A stretch of DNA of 64,000 nucleotides from the human T2T-CHM13v2.0 reference genome, Homo sapiens: assembly GCF_009914755.1 (NCBI RefSeq), contig NC_060939.1; one strand, 5' to 3'. Under the pieces are notes generated by a model. The model saw only the letters and a program-made list of their open reading frames with translations. It did not search any database and had not been told where the DNA came from. Of this stretch, positions 1 through 11,934 are shown one piece after another. Numbering within the stretch: the first letter of the stretch is position 1; every line of letters starts with the position of its first letter. The translations under genes and the position numbers were made by a program.

Positions 1-234
1 TAAAATACTGTCAGAGAAAATGCTTTAGTAACTTTTTTAGTAAAGACAAGACCTTGGTGGAAAACCCTCCCAGGAATCCCATTTGGTAAAAACGCAGTGT
101 AAATATATAAGGAGGATTCCATAGCTACCCAGAATATTGAACTCTTATGAGTAATGCACATAATAAATGTAATAAAAATAATTAAAAGAATACATAAAAC
201 AGACCGGTTTTATAAAACTTTGTTGATCATATAA

Positions 235-565
<331 letters not shown>

Positions 566-936
566 TAATTTAGATCTCTAAATATATATATAGTCATCAC
601 TTTGCAAAAATGCAATAGAATTTTGGCTATCATTATATGCCACTTACTTTAACACACTTTTCATTTAGTCCTTTTAACCCCATAAAGTAGATACTATTAT
701 CTCAATGATGACAAATGTAGAAATTGAAAGTCAGTGAAGAAACTCTTTAAGATGCCACACATATCTTTTTTTTTTTTTTTTTTTTTTGTGCTGTTGCATC
801 CCTAGGACCTGGCATCATATCAGGCACTATGTGTCAAATAAATGTAACTGTCCATGTAGCTGATAAGTACCTTTCTGACCAGGATTTGATCAAAGGCTTA
901 TTTTAACTCAGAGTCTCTCTTTTTCCAAATGAAGGA

Positions 937-1102
937 AGGGCATGCAAGTTTTTTCTAAAATGTGGGCTATATGGTTTCTGTGGCTCTGCCATTATAGTCA
1001 GAAAGCTGCCGCAGACAGTATATAACTGAATGAGTGCAGTTGTGTTACAATAAAACTTTATTTATAAAACCAGGCAGACAGTCCACAGTTTGCTGACCCC
1101 TG
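937..1102 (-). mobile_element. MER58A-like hAT-Charlie MITE
   Basis: Contains CAATAAAACTTTATTTATAAAA and terminal AGTTTGCTGACCCCTG typical of MER58. Confidence 0.8.
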
Positions 1103-1891
1103 ATACTGTCACTAAGATAACTCAAGAGACAAAAACTCCAATCAGTATTTGTATTTTATTGTCCAACTAAGAAAGACTCAGAACTGATAACTCTGGGTGA
1201 TGGGACTTGGGATATTTACTGATTTTGTCATGGTTAAATCATTGTGCTTCATTGATGCAACAGAGAACTAACTATGCATGATTTGCCTTTCTTAAGCCTG
1301 GCTATGAGGAAGTCAGACCTCACAAAACAGTCTCCTCAGAGAATCCTCTACTCTGAAATACAAAAACTATCATTCATCATTTTATAGAAATAAAGAACGA
1401 GGAGTCCCTCAGCAAATGATAATTCCACATGGTAACACAGGCCCATGTAGTGGAAGGGATCAGGGCAGGACCCCAGGAGAATTATCTAATTCAAGTCCTG
1501 TGATGAAATTGTCCAGCTTCCCTGTGTTAAATGGAGATGATACAAACACCAAAAAGCTGCATAGTTATGAAAAAGTATTTAAAAAAAAAACCTGAAGTCC
1601 TCTATTAACATGTAGTTTGACTGACAATTTATGACCAAAACAGACAATGTTAAGTAAAGGTTTGGAAGGATCTAGATCCACACCTATCTTTTAAGAAATT
1701 ATTCCTGGCACAGGCAAGAATCTTGCCCCAGATTAAAAAAAAAAATCTCATAGAAAAATCAAAAATAGCCATTTAAAGTATTAGAATCAAAAGTCACAAA
1801 AGATAGCTCCTTCTTAAGAGGGGTAGACTAGTTCATATTTTCTCCATGGTTGCGAGAGAAGCAACACAAAATATAAAGATTTAAACTCCTT

Positions 1892-1896
<5 letters not shown>

Positions 1897-1935
<39 letters not shown>
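1897..1935. repeat. Poly(A) homopolymer, A39
   Basis: Uninterrupted A run with no adjacent Alu/L1 body. Confidence 0.95.
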
Positions 1936-1936
<1 letters not shown>

Positions 1937-4900
1937 GGAACAAAACGATGAAAAAACAACGTGCCACAGACCGTTAGAAAAAGTGTATGGTGATGAAAAC
2001 TATCAATTTCTTTAAAGTCAAGGCCAATGTCTTTCTTATGAATTATTCTATTTATTTCTACTCTCTCTCCTTCAAAAGGTTTTGCAAGGATCAAACAAGA
2101 TATATATGAAAGTGCTAGGCAGACCATTAGGCCCTATAAAAATGTAAGTGGCATTATAATTATCATCATCATTATTATTACATTGATCAACTGAACTACT
2201 GCTGTACTAACAACCAATTTTTGGCACACAAACTTTTTAATAAGACCCTAATCTCCCAGAAGGCAGATGTTTCCAGTCTAACACAGTGAAAAGCACCCCT
2301 GTTAGGAACATGGCCACTCAAATGCCTTTTGAATTTAATTGAAATAGACCCCAGAAAACAGAAGTTTAGATGAATAAATAAAAAGACAAATCTAGACTCA
2401 CGATGCACATTAGCTCTGAGTTTTAAGTTGATTGCCTTTTTGCCTCTTCTATTTTAGCAGGTCATTATGTTATAAATACCCTCTTCCTCCCTGTGTTTCA
2501 GCCCCATATAATATCAGATGCAGAAAAAAAAAACATAACTCTTTGTTACTGTTAGTTATGGGCATAAACTCTCACTGAAAAAGTGACCAAGAGAAAGACA
2601 GCACAACGATCTGGGGGAGGGAGGAAGGAAAGGAGAGACCGGTACAGCCAGAAGAGAAGATAGAGCCAAGAAAGAAGGTCGAAGTGGAATACAGAGGACA
2701 AGTTTCCAAAGACCTGGGAATCTGTTAAGAGATATCCCCTGCAGTCAGGGGCGGTCAGTAAAGTGCTGAGCCTTGACTTTGTAATGTGTGTATTCCTATA
2801 ATATCAGCTATACAAAATTATAAAAGTCAGACTAATAAAATAGACAACTCAGAAAATTTTAAATTCATAAACACATCGCTCAAGGCAATCAGAATGCAGT
2901 CTTCTTAGGATACAAGCAAAGGAGAGCGCATTCTCTTGGTACCAAATTGGTCCCCTCAATACTTCATGTTAGTTTTCACTCCTCCTTGACTAACACCATC
3001 TGTTTTAAAAAGCACATTCCTTCATAAGGGATCACTTTTAAAACTTGGGATCCAGCTTGCTGTATTAGGGAAATACAAATAGACATGTTCCAAAAATGGT
3101 ATTGCCATTGATCATTGGTATAATATGGATACTAGAATTTCAGAGTGGTAAGCGTATTTTAAAAAATGGAATGTAACTGCCTAAAAGTCCATACACAACC
3201 ATGAGTTTAGCCCTTTCAACATCCTTAGGGAATGAACTTTAATTCTGGAGCATTTCCACTGGACCTCTAGCAGGCAAAGGCAGTAACTTTTAATTCTGGT
3301 CATCTCCCCCATTCCCTTTATTAAAAATGTGAAATACTTCTAGGAGGAGGAGGAAGTTGGAGCAAAAATACAGAAAAATACAAGATCACAAGTACAAAGT
3401 TTTCTAAGTGCACATTACTTGAAATTCTCATAGTCTGGTCATTTATTTTAAGTAATGACTCTATGTGGGTCCCAATATCACACTGAAAAATCATACAGAA
3501 AGTCATATCCTTCACTAAAGATGTATGTTTAGCAAGACAAAAAACAGTAACATATTGTCTTACAGTATCATTTTCTGATGCAAATATTGTGTTTCTTTCA
3601 AATGTGATATTTAACACGCCCTAACGCGTAATACTTTTGTAGCCATTACCCTTTTAAAATCCCCTATCGAATATGGTATCACTATGCTAAAGGACTGTCC
3701 ATTCTATCTTGTTCACTCTTCTGTTTGAAATTGCTAATATAATTTCCCTCACTTCTGGTCATGTTTGTTTTTAAAAAACTCACTATTAATCTTATTTTTC
3801 CTTTAAGTAAAAAAATCATTACCCTGGGATACCAAAAGAGCAGCTTCTGCTCTTCACGTTTAAAAAAAAAATACTGCTTGTCCACTATGCTTGTCTTAGA
3901 AAATTTAGAAGTCTCACTAAAGAGCTGAGGAGGAAAACTGCTGGGAATGCTCACAGATACCTGATTTTACAAGTTTTTGTGGAAAGAGCTCGCCTTTAGA
4001 TTAGTGTTACTCAGTGTTTATGAGGGTTGTTTGTCAAGGCAAAAATAAGGTACCTCCTCCCCACAAATTAAAGAATCAAGTTACAATCCATTATTTCATT
4101 TCTGATTGTTTTTCTTTGTATTAAGTGGGAAAGTGGATACTGGATAAAAGTTCCCCGAGCTAAAAGACTCCACATTAAAGGCTCCAATTAGCTATAAATC
4201 AGTTGTCTTTCCTACTGGGGGAGAACAAGAGAGAAAAGAGAGAGGGGGTAGTTAGGGAGTAAGAGAACTGGAAGAGCTTCCAAATAAATTCTGAAAAACG
4301 TACCTATTGCATACCTAAAATTTCTTTCAGAGGCTGTTAGAAAAATCCCATCAAAAATAAGACTAAAATCAAACCTTCCCAAATCTGAGGGTTAGGTCTT
4401 TTCTCCTGTGTAGATCTTCCATTTTAAGACCTTTAAAAAGAGCCTGAAGAGGTTAGAGACCCTCATAAAACAAAACTTCTAAGCTGCATGCTTTCCCTGC
4501 TCGTTCCTAAACCCAGACAAGTGCCACACATTGGCACTATTGTTATGCAAACAATGCCTAAAAGGTTATAACCATTAACGACCTCTCATTAAAACGGCTT
4601 TGAAAAATTTGTCACACCATCTAAAAAAGCTAGCAGGTACATTAAATCCATCTAAATCGACATTCAAAACACAAATCGCCCTGATTTGTAACCTAAAACT
4701 CAATGCAAGTAAAATCTCAATATTCTGATGTTGTTTCTTGTATATCTCATTCAACCACTAAGCCAGATGCAAACAATTTACTTCTCTACAAAATTTATCT
4801 TGTAAAAAAGCACGATGGAATACATCTTTAATCAACCTTTAACCATATGCATGTGCGTCTATGCGTTTGCGTTAATTGGGAGAAGTTGAGTGTAGAAATG

Positions 4901-5840
4901 TACCGAAAGGACTAGAAAATCAAACCAGAGAACTACAAAATGAACTCCAAGAAACGTGGTTTTGAATCCCATCTCTCTCTCACCACCTCCCTCAAAATGT
5001 TGTAACATTACAATACCCCTACGTTTGTAATCGATCATTTTTTTTCTATGTCGAATTTGTGGAAAGTAAATTCATTTTATATTAGGTAGCAGACGCATAT
5101 TCTTTTTTAGGCGATGCAACAACAAAAATCCTGCTTAGCAAACCCAAGATGTCAACGTTCGTTATAAAAAAAAAAAAAGTAAGTTCTTCAGTTCAAAACC
5201 GAACATGCTAACAAATATTAAAACTTTTTAAGTTTCCCAGGGAAACTGCCGCTGCCTACAAAATTCACATGAAACGCTGACGTTGGAGTTACTGTACTTA
5301 TCAGTCAGGTTTCCGTGAAATTTGTCAAACCGGCCAGAGCGCTGGTGTCTTGACAATTCCTTACGGGAAAGCCCCTCAGCACCCTCCGGGCTGTGGAGGA
5401 CCTGATTGGGACCAACAGCCGAGGGGCCCGGAAGGCGGAGGACCGAGAGGCGACGGCCAGGCTGCGTGGCCAAGCTGACGGGGAACCCCGGCCTCCATCT
5501 GAGGATACTAAGCGGTTCCGACGCCTTCCCCGCGGCAGTCGGGACCGGGAGAATCGGACAGAAACCAGCCTCAGAGTCCGGGGCAGGAGCCGTTGACGGC
5601 TGCCCCTCAACGCTGCGCTTCGGGTTGGGTTAAGTCCCCAAGGCGTCCTCAGACCACGGCGGGGCTTCAAACGCCCCAGTCCCGAAGACAGGCAGGGGGT
5701 CCCTCTGCTGCGCCGGGATGACAGGCTGGCCCCGACGACCCCGGCCCCGTCCCGCAGCCCTCACCCGCTGAAGAGATCGGGGAAACCGAAGAAGGTTCTA
5801 GAAAGTCTCCGTGGACGACGGGCGCTGGGCGGCCGCTTAC

Positions 5841-5957
5841 CTTGGTGTACTTAATTTCGAGATTGGGCGTGGGCGACGGCAGGAGGTGCAGCGACGCCAT
5901 GAGGGCGGCGGGGTCGGCCTTCACCTCGCCGGGCATCTCTATCTTGCTGGAAGTCAT
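5841..5957 (-). CDS. ALDH1A2: Coding part of exon 1 of aldehyde dehydrogenase 1 family member A2 (RALDH2), 39 codons
   Basis: Translation MTSSKIEMPGEVKADPAALMASLHLLPSPTPNLEIKYTK is the recognised ALDH1A2 N-terminus. The start context is CCCGCCACC-ATG-A. The exon ends in AAG|GTAAGC (phase 0 donor at 5840). The ORF-track extension to 5667 is intron read-through. Confidence 0.98.
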
Positions 5958-6018
5958 GGTGGCGGGCCGGGTGTCCCTAGCCCGCGGCGTGGGGCAGTGC
6001 GGGCTGTGCGCGCGGTCC
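5958..6018 (-). other. ALDH1A2: ALDH1A2 5' UTR (start site inferred ~25-30 nt downstream of the TATA box)
   Basis: Short GC-rich stretch between the TATA element (6041-6050) and the ATG, with no upstream ATG. The exact TSS is inferred. Confidence 0.7.
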
Positions 6019-6040
6019 GCGGCCCGGGGGCGCGCTCGCC

Positions 6041-6152
6041 TGTATATAGGCAGGTGTCAAGCTGGGGCTCTTCTTATTGGACGTGAGGGCCGAGGCGCGG
6101 GGGGCTGGTCCATCCTACCTAGGACGCCCGGCGCAGCCTCCATTTACATAAA
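6041..6152 (-). promoter_or_regulatory. ALDH1A2: ALDH1A2 core/proximal promoter: TATA box, E-box/T-box/TALE composite, CCAAT box, forkhead/Hox-like AT element
   Basis: Minus strand CCTATATACA (6041-6050); CAGGTGTCA at 6051-6059; CCAAT (ATTGG on +, 6076-6080) next to TCACGT; TTTATGTAAATG (6141-6152). These are AT-rich motifs in an otherwise GC-rich island, at canonical spacing from the exon. Confidence 0.85.
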
Positions 6153-7316
6153 GCCCGCGCCGCGCGGCCGGGACGCTTGGCGCCCACGGTCAAGTCCGCC
6201 CGGCGCTCCCGCCCCCCGGCCGCGGAGACCAGCCCACGCCGCCTCCACAGTCCTCGACGGTGGGAGCGGAACTTGCGCCGCGGCCCGCGGGCCTCGGCCA
6301 GCCGGACTTGGTCTCCGGGTCCCTGGGTCAGAGTCGGCGGGAGGCGCACAGCGGCCGAAGTCGAGCGAGGGTCGTGGCCCCCGGAAGCGGAGCTGGCAGG
6401 GGCTGGCGGGGACCGGAGCGGCCCGGTGCTGCTTCGGAGTAGAGAAAGGCCAGGAAAGTCCAGGCTGCGGAGGGCGGCTCCCAGCTCGCCCACGTTCCCT
6501 CCCATCCCCGTCCCAGGACCCACCGAACCCCGTCCCCCTTCCTTTCCGGAGACCCGGGAGGGCGTCCTCCGTTCTCCTCCTCCGGGCAGGGGCGCCAGGC
6601 TCTCGGCAGCTACGCCCTCTCCCCCGACCCCCCGACTCCCCTCAGCCGGGCCGAGGTGCATGGTGGCCAGAGGGTCAGGGAGAGGTGGCAGTGGGTGCGA
6701 GTCCCCCTCGCCTCGCGCTCAGAATGAGGATCCCTGCGAGCGGGTCAGCGCGGGGCGGCCCTTGCCAGGCGTCGCCCGCCCAGTTGCTGCCCTCTGCCGG
6801 CCGGGACCGCCCGGGCGGCTTGCGCTGTGGCGGGAGGATATGGGCAGTGATCATCCCCGGCTCCTCCGAGGAGCTGCATGCTTCGTGGGCTCCTTTAGTT
6901 CTTCTCGGATCCCCTCTTCCGGCTGTTTCCCCTCCTCACCCAGCACACCCACAGAAACACTATTTTGTTTTTCTGTTGTTCCTTACACGCTAAGAGCTAT
7001 CGTCCCGCCAGACCTTAGGCTCATTTTACTGTCCCTTTGGGATTGAGTTTCCATCTCCCCCCTAATCTAAGTGTTTCCAAAGTCTAACAAGCTGCCCTCT
7101 AGTCTGTGGATCGGCCTGCAGGTGTAAACCAAGAACCTAGAGACCCTGCCTCAGAATGGGCTTTGGACTCCGTGGACTAAATCAAGGCCGCATGGAAAGA
7201 CCTGCATAAGTCCCTTCCCTTCCTTACTCCTCACTCCAAATGTAAGCTTGACAGGGGCCTACAGTGTTGATAAACGCTTTTTCTACACTACCAAGCAACA
7301 CTGTGATTCTCGTCTT

Positions 7317-7475
7317 TTTGTTTTGTTTGAAGAGACAGGGTCTCACTCCTTCACTCAGGCTGGAATGCAGTGGCACCGTGACAGCTCACTGTGATCTTGA
7401 ACTGGGCTCAAGTGACCCTACCACCTCAGCCTCCCAAAGTGCTAGGATTATAGGCATGAGCCACTGCACCCGGCC
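7317..7475 (-). mobile_element. Alu monomer (FRAM/FAM-like)
   Basis: About 160 bp single arm flanked by TSD TGATTCTC(G/A)TCTT (7304-7316 and 7476-7488). Confidence 0.85.
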
Positions 7476-8123
7476 TGATTCTCATCTTAAATGCCATTTT
7501 TAGAGCCGCTGGAGTCCCATTTCTTGGGCGTTAAGAAAACATTAAGCATCAGCCAGAAAACATCTTTCCTTAGATACTTTGAGTAACTAAAACTGCCTAA
7601 TGCTCAGCGCTCAGATGCTAAGCAATAGTGAAAACAGACAAAAATATTTCATTTTAGTATTAGGTTTATAGAAATAAGTTCCAGCCTCTCAGAACCCAAA
7701 GTGACCTGGGTGAATCGTTTTCATGGAGAAACTACAGACCTTAGCTTGGGCAGTCGAGGGATCTGTACTCAGGGAATTTCTATGGCCAAAAATTATGACT
7801 TAATAACAGTGTATGCTCATAAGATATACTTTTATCAAAGCCTTAGAAGGTTAGAGATACAATTGAGAAATAAAAAAGTAAAATCTTAGAGTTCACTGGG
7901 GAGAAAGAGAGGGTTCCAGCAAGGGGGAACAGTGATACCTGTGGAAAAACTTATCACTAGTTATGAGAGGCTGTGGGGAAAACATGAAAAAGAGCCATAA
8001 CAACATGAGCTGAGTGCTCCAAGGAGGACGCCTACTCCCTGGGAAAGCTGACCTTTGGCTGGGTCTTAAGGGAGAAGGGAGGCTTCAACAAGAGCAAAAA
8101 GAACACTATAGAAAAGGTATAGA

Positions 8124-8379
8124 GGCTGGGCACGGTGGCTCATGCCTGTAATCCCAGCAGTTTGGGAGGCCGAGGCGGGTGGATCACTTGAGGTCAGGAG
8201 TTCAAGACCAGCCTAACCAACATGGTGAAACCCCATCTCTACTAAAAATACAAAAATTAGCTGGGCCTGGTGGCAGGTGCGTGTAATTCTAACTACTCGG
8301 GAGGCTAAGGCAGGAGAATCGCTTGAACCCAGGAGGTGGAGGTTGTAGTGAGAGGAGATCTTGCACTCCAGCCTGTCTC
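8124..8379 (+). mobile_element. AluS, lacking poly(A) tail
   Basis: GGCTGGGCACGGTGGCTCATGCCTGTAATCCCAGC start and A-rich linker; ends at CCTGTCTC. Confidence 0.95.
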
Positions 8380-8458
8380 CCTTGTGCCTTCCTCAGTTCC
8401 TAAAACAGCGTAGAACACATAATAACTATTTAATAAGAATTTTTGTTGGTTGATTTGA

Positions 8459-8888
<430 letters not shown>

Positions 8889-8925
8889 AAAAAAGATATA
8901 TATTTTGTCTATATTCAGCTCGTGA

Positions 8926-9261
<336 letters not shown>

Positions 9262-9481
9262 TAGGGACAAGATGTAGCGGAAAAGAACAGTGAATTATAA
9301 ATGCTTCTTTGGTGTTCATCTTCTTGGTTTCAGTTTGTAAGATTTACAAGGCTATTACTTCCAAGGCTGCCTTAACACCTCTTCTCACATTCTTATTTCC
9401 TCTTCTCTTTCTTTTATCATCTAGTTTTAGTGTTTTCTCATATCCTCTACAGATTTCACAATAGTTAAGAAGACAGTCTTT

Positions 9482-9763
9482 GGCCAGATGCGGTGGTTTA
9501 CACCCGTAATTAGGCCAAGGTGGGAGGATTGCTTGAGGCTAGGAGTTCAAGACCAGTCTGGACAACATAGCAAGACCCTGCCTCTACCAAAAAAAAAAAA
9601 AAAGTATCCAGGCGTGGTGGTGCATTCCTATAGCCCTAGCTACTCAGGAGGCTGAAAGAGGAGAATCGCTTGAAGCAGGAGTTCAAGGTTATGGTGAGCT
9701 ATGATCACGCTACTGCACTCCAGCCTGGGTGATGGAGTGAGACCCTGTCTCTAAAAATAAAAA
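9482..9763 (+). mobile_element. AluJ-type element
   Basis: GGAGGATTGCTTGAGGCTAGGAGTTCAAG J-type features; flanking AGACAGTC duplicated. Confidence 0.9.
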
Positions 9764-11315
9764 GACAGTCAACTACCTTCAGATTTCTAACAATTTGAAT
9801 TTCAGCCTTTTCCCCCCAATTTGGCTAAGAAACTGTTTTTTTCCCACCTTTACAGTGTTTCTCCTCCCACCCCCCCCATTCTGTAATTATTTATTGCTTA
9901 GGATACATCTTGTTTGAAACCCCTTGCATAAGGGAACCTAAGCTGCAGCATGCTGTATTTATTTCCTTATGAAAACAATTTATTAGGCCTGGTGGAGCCA
10001 ATATCCTGGAGTTGCAGAGGAGAAAAATAAATTCTTGCCTCATATTTCCTCACCTAAATAATAGAATGCAAAGCTGTAATTTTAAGGCATCAGCTTTATG
10101 TGAAGTTTGACTTTAAGTTATGAAACCATAACAATTTAGGTTTCTTGTTAGCTGCAGTTAAGGGGAGGAAAGTATTTGTTAAGTTGAGAACTAGTCTTTA
10201 GAAATCAATGAAGGGAACTAAATGCAGCTCAAAGATCCCTCTCAAAGAAGATGCACTTGATTTTGACAGTAACCGAATGTCCAGCTTGAATGTCAAGTTT
10301 CTATGTTTAGGGGCTATTTCAGCCTCAGGTGGCCCTGCTTAATTGCTTTCCTGTTCCCATTACTAACCATGATGACAGCCTACCTTTCCTAACAGATACA
10401 CTTGCATTTTAATTTATCTTCAAAAATAAATCACACATTATAGCATTCCCCTCTTCTGGGCTAATTGAATCAGTTCCTTAAATGTCTCTACATCTAATGA
10501 TTTGAAAGAGGCACATTGTTTGAAATATTTAAAAAATTAGGGCCCTTAGGTTGTATGCAGAATGATCTCAGTGCTTATTTCAGATATAAGTGTTTCCTAA
10601 TGATCTCATTCATCTCAAATGGGATATGCCTGGCCACTTTATTTGAAATGTTTCCTGAAAACTCTAACAGGAAAGCTTAATGCAAAATATATTTATAGAG
10701 AAATGGTATTTAATTTATTAACAAAAGCTTATAAAGAGCTTTACATATTTTTATCCAGAAATGCTTAATGAAGTATTTGGGACCCATTATGAAAACTTCT
10801 ATAAAATAAATCCACTTATATTTTTATTTAACCTGTATATTAACTTTTTATGTGAGATCTAAACTCTCATTTAATTATCCTTTTCCTTCTAACATCCAGA
10901 AGAAAAGAGGCTGAGACTGTGGTATTTATTAACCATAAAAATTCTCTAGATATTAAGTTCCTCATTTCTTGATATGGCCTCTGGTCACTATATTCTATGA
11001 GAAGAGGTATTTGGAGTTGCAGGGAGTAGAGTCCTAATTGGTTATGACTCAAAAAACTATGTTTTGATACAAAACACAGTTCTTTTCTTTTAAAATATAC
11101 CCTCTACTTTTCAGGGACCCCGGAGACTATTTTAAACATGGGAACTAGATTTGCCTTTGTTGTAAGGCCCAGTTCCATTTCGTATATGTTCGAGAAGCTT
11201 CAATTTGGGTACTGGGATGAGCGCAGTACTTCATCAATAATCACACTTAACAGACAGGAAGAAATTAAAATTCCAGCTACACCGCCTTTTCTGAAGGGCC
11301 TGAGGGAAAAGGCAT

Positions 11316-11333
11316 TGGCGCCCCCTGCAGTTG
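11316..11333 (-). promoter_or_regulatory. CTCF binding motif
   Basis: Minus strand CAACTGCAGGGGGCGCCA closely matches the CTCF core (CCASYAGRKGGCRS), in unique sequence with several retained CpGs nearby. Confidence 0.7.
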
Positions 11334-11853
11334 ATGGTGTGTATGTGCAAGTGAGTATTGTCCATTCAAATAGCTTGGATTCAATGTATTTTTATCTGAT
11401 ACTGGTGAGAAATCCTTAAGAGATGTTATCATTTAATTTGAATTTGTCTGGAGAAAAAAAATCTCCTAGAGTCAGACAAATTTTAGATTTTAGTTAGTTT
11501 AGGAGGACTTTCTTTTGACTTACAGGAAAAGAACAAAAGTGTTTCTTAGCCAAATTTACCGTAGAAAGTGCAATACTGAGAACACTATGGTCCCACTCAC
11601 ATAGTGTTCAGAGCACTCTGTCACAGAGGAAGTTGCATGAGTGTGTCTCAGATTGGAAGCTACTGTTTTTATCTTGTGGGTGAGGAAGAATTATTAATAG
11701 ACAGATTCCAGAATTTATTTCTCTTCTCGCTCAGTTAAGGACTTGGCGTGTAACTAAGTTGTCTGCTTTTTTCTTTATTTCACATTTCTTAGCTTTCCTT
11801 TTTCCTTTTACCCTTCTAAAATCCGTCAATTCTACAAATAACTCCTGTTATTA

Positions 11854-11934
11854 TTAGGTTGGTGCAAAAGTAATTGCGAGTTTTGCCATTTAAAAGTAGT
11901 GGCAAAGGCCTCAGTTACTTTGGCATCAGCCTAA
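11854..11934. mobile_element. MADE1 (Hsmar1-derived Tc1/mariner MITE)
   Basis: 81 bp palindromic element TTAGGTTGGTGCAAAAGTAATTGCG...TTACTTTGGCATCAGCCTAA flanked by TA on both sides. Confidence 0.93.

Larger units (their letters stand above)
5300..6950. promoter_or_regulatory. CpG island spanning ALDH1A2 exon 1 and promoter
   Basis: Very high GC and CpG density compared with the AT-rich, CpG-poor remainder of the window. Confidence 0.95.

Noticed and set aside
5667-5840. Extension of the ALDH1A2 ORF to 96 aa
   Set aside because: Read-through past a canonical GTAAG donor; these residues are not ALDH sequence.
5842-6993. Long plus-strand ORFs of 383 aa and 289 aa, and a 180 aa minus-strand ORF, across the promoter
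   Set aside because: Pro/Arg/Gly/Ala-rich low-complexity products expected from stop-codon scarcity in a CpG island. The 383 aa ORF starts at a non-ATG codon, and no domain is recognisable.
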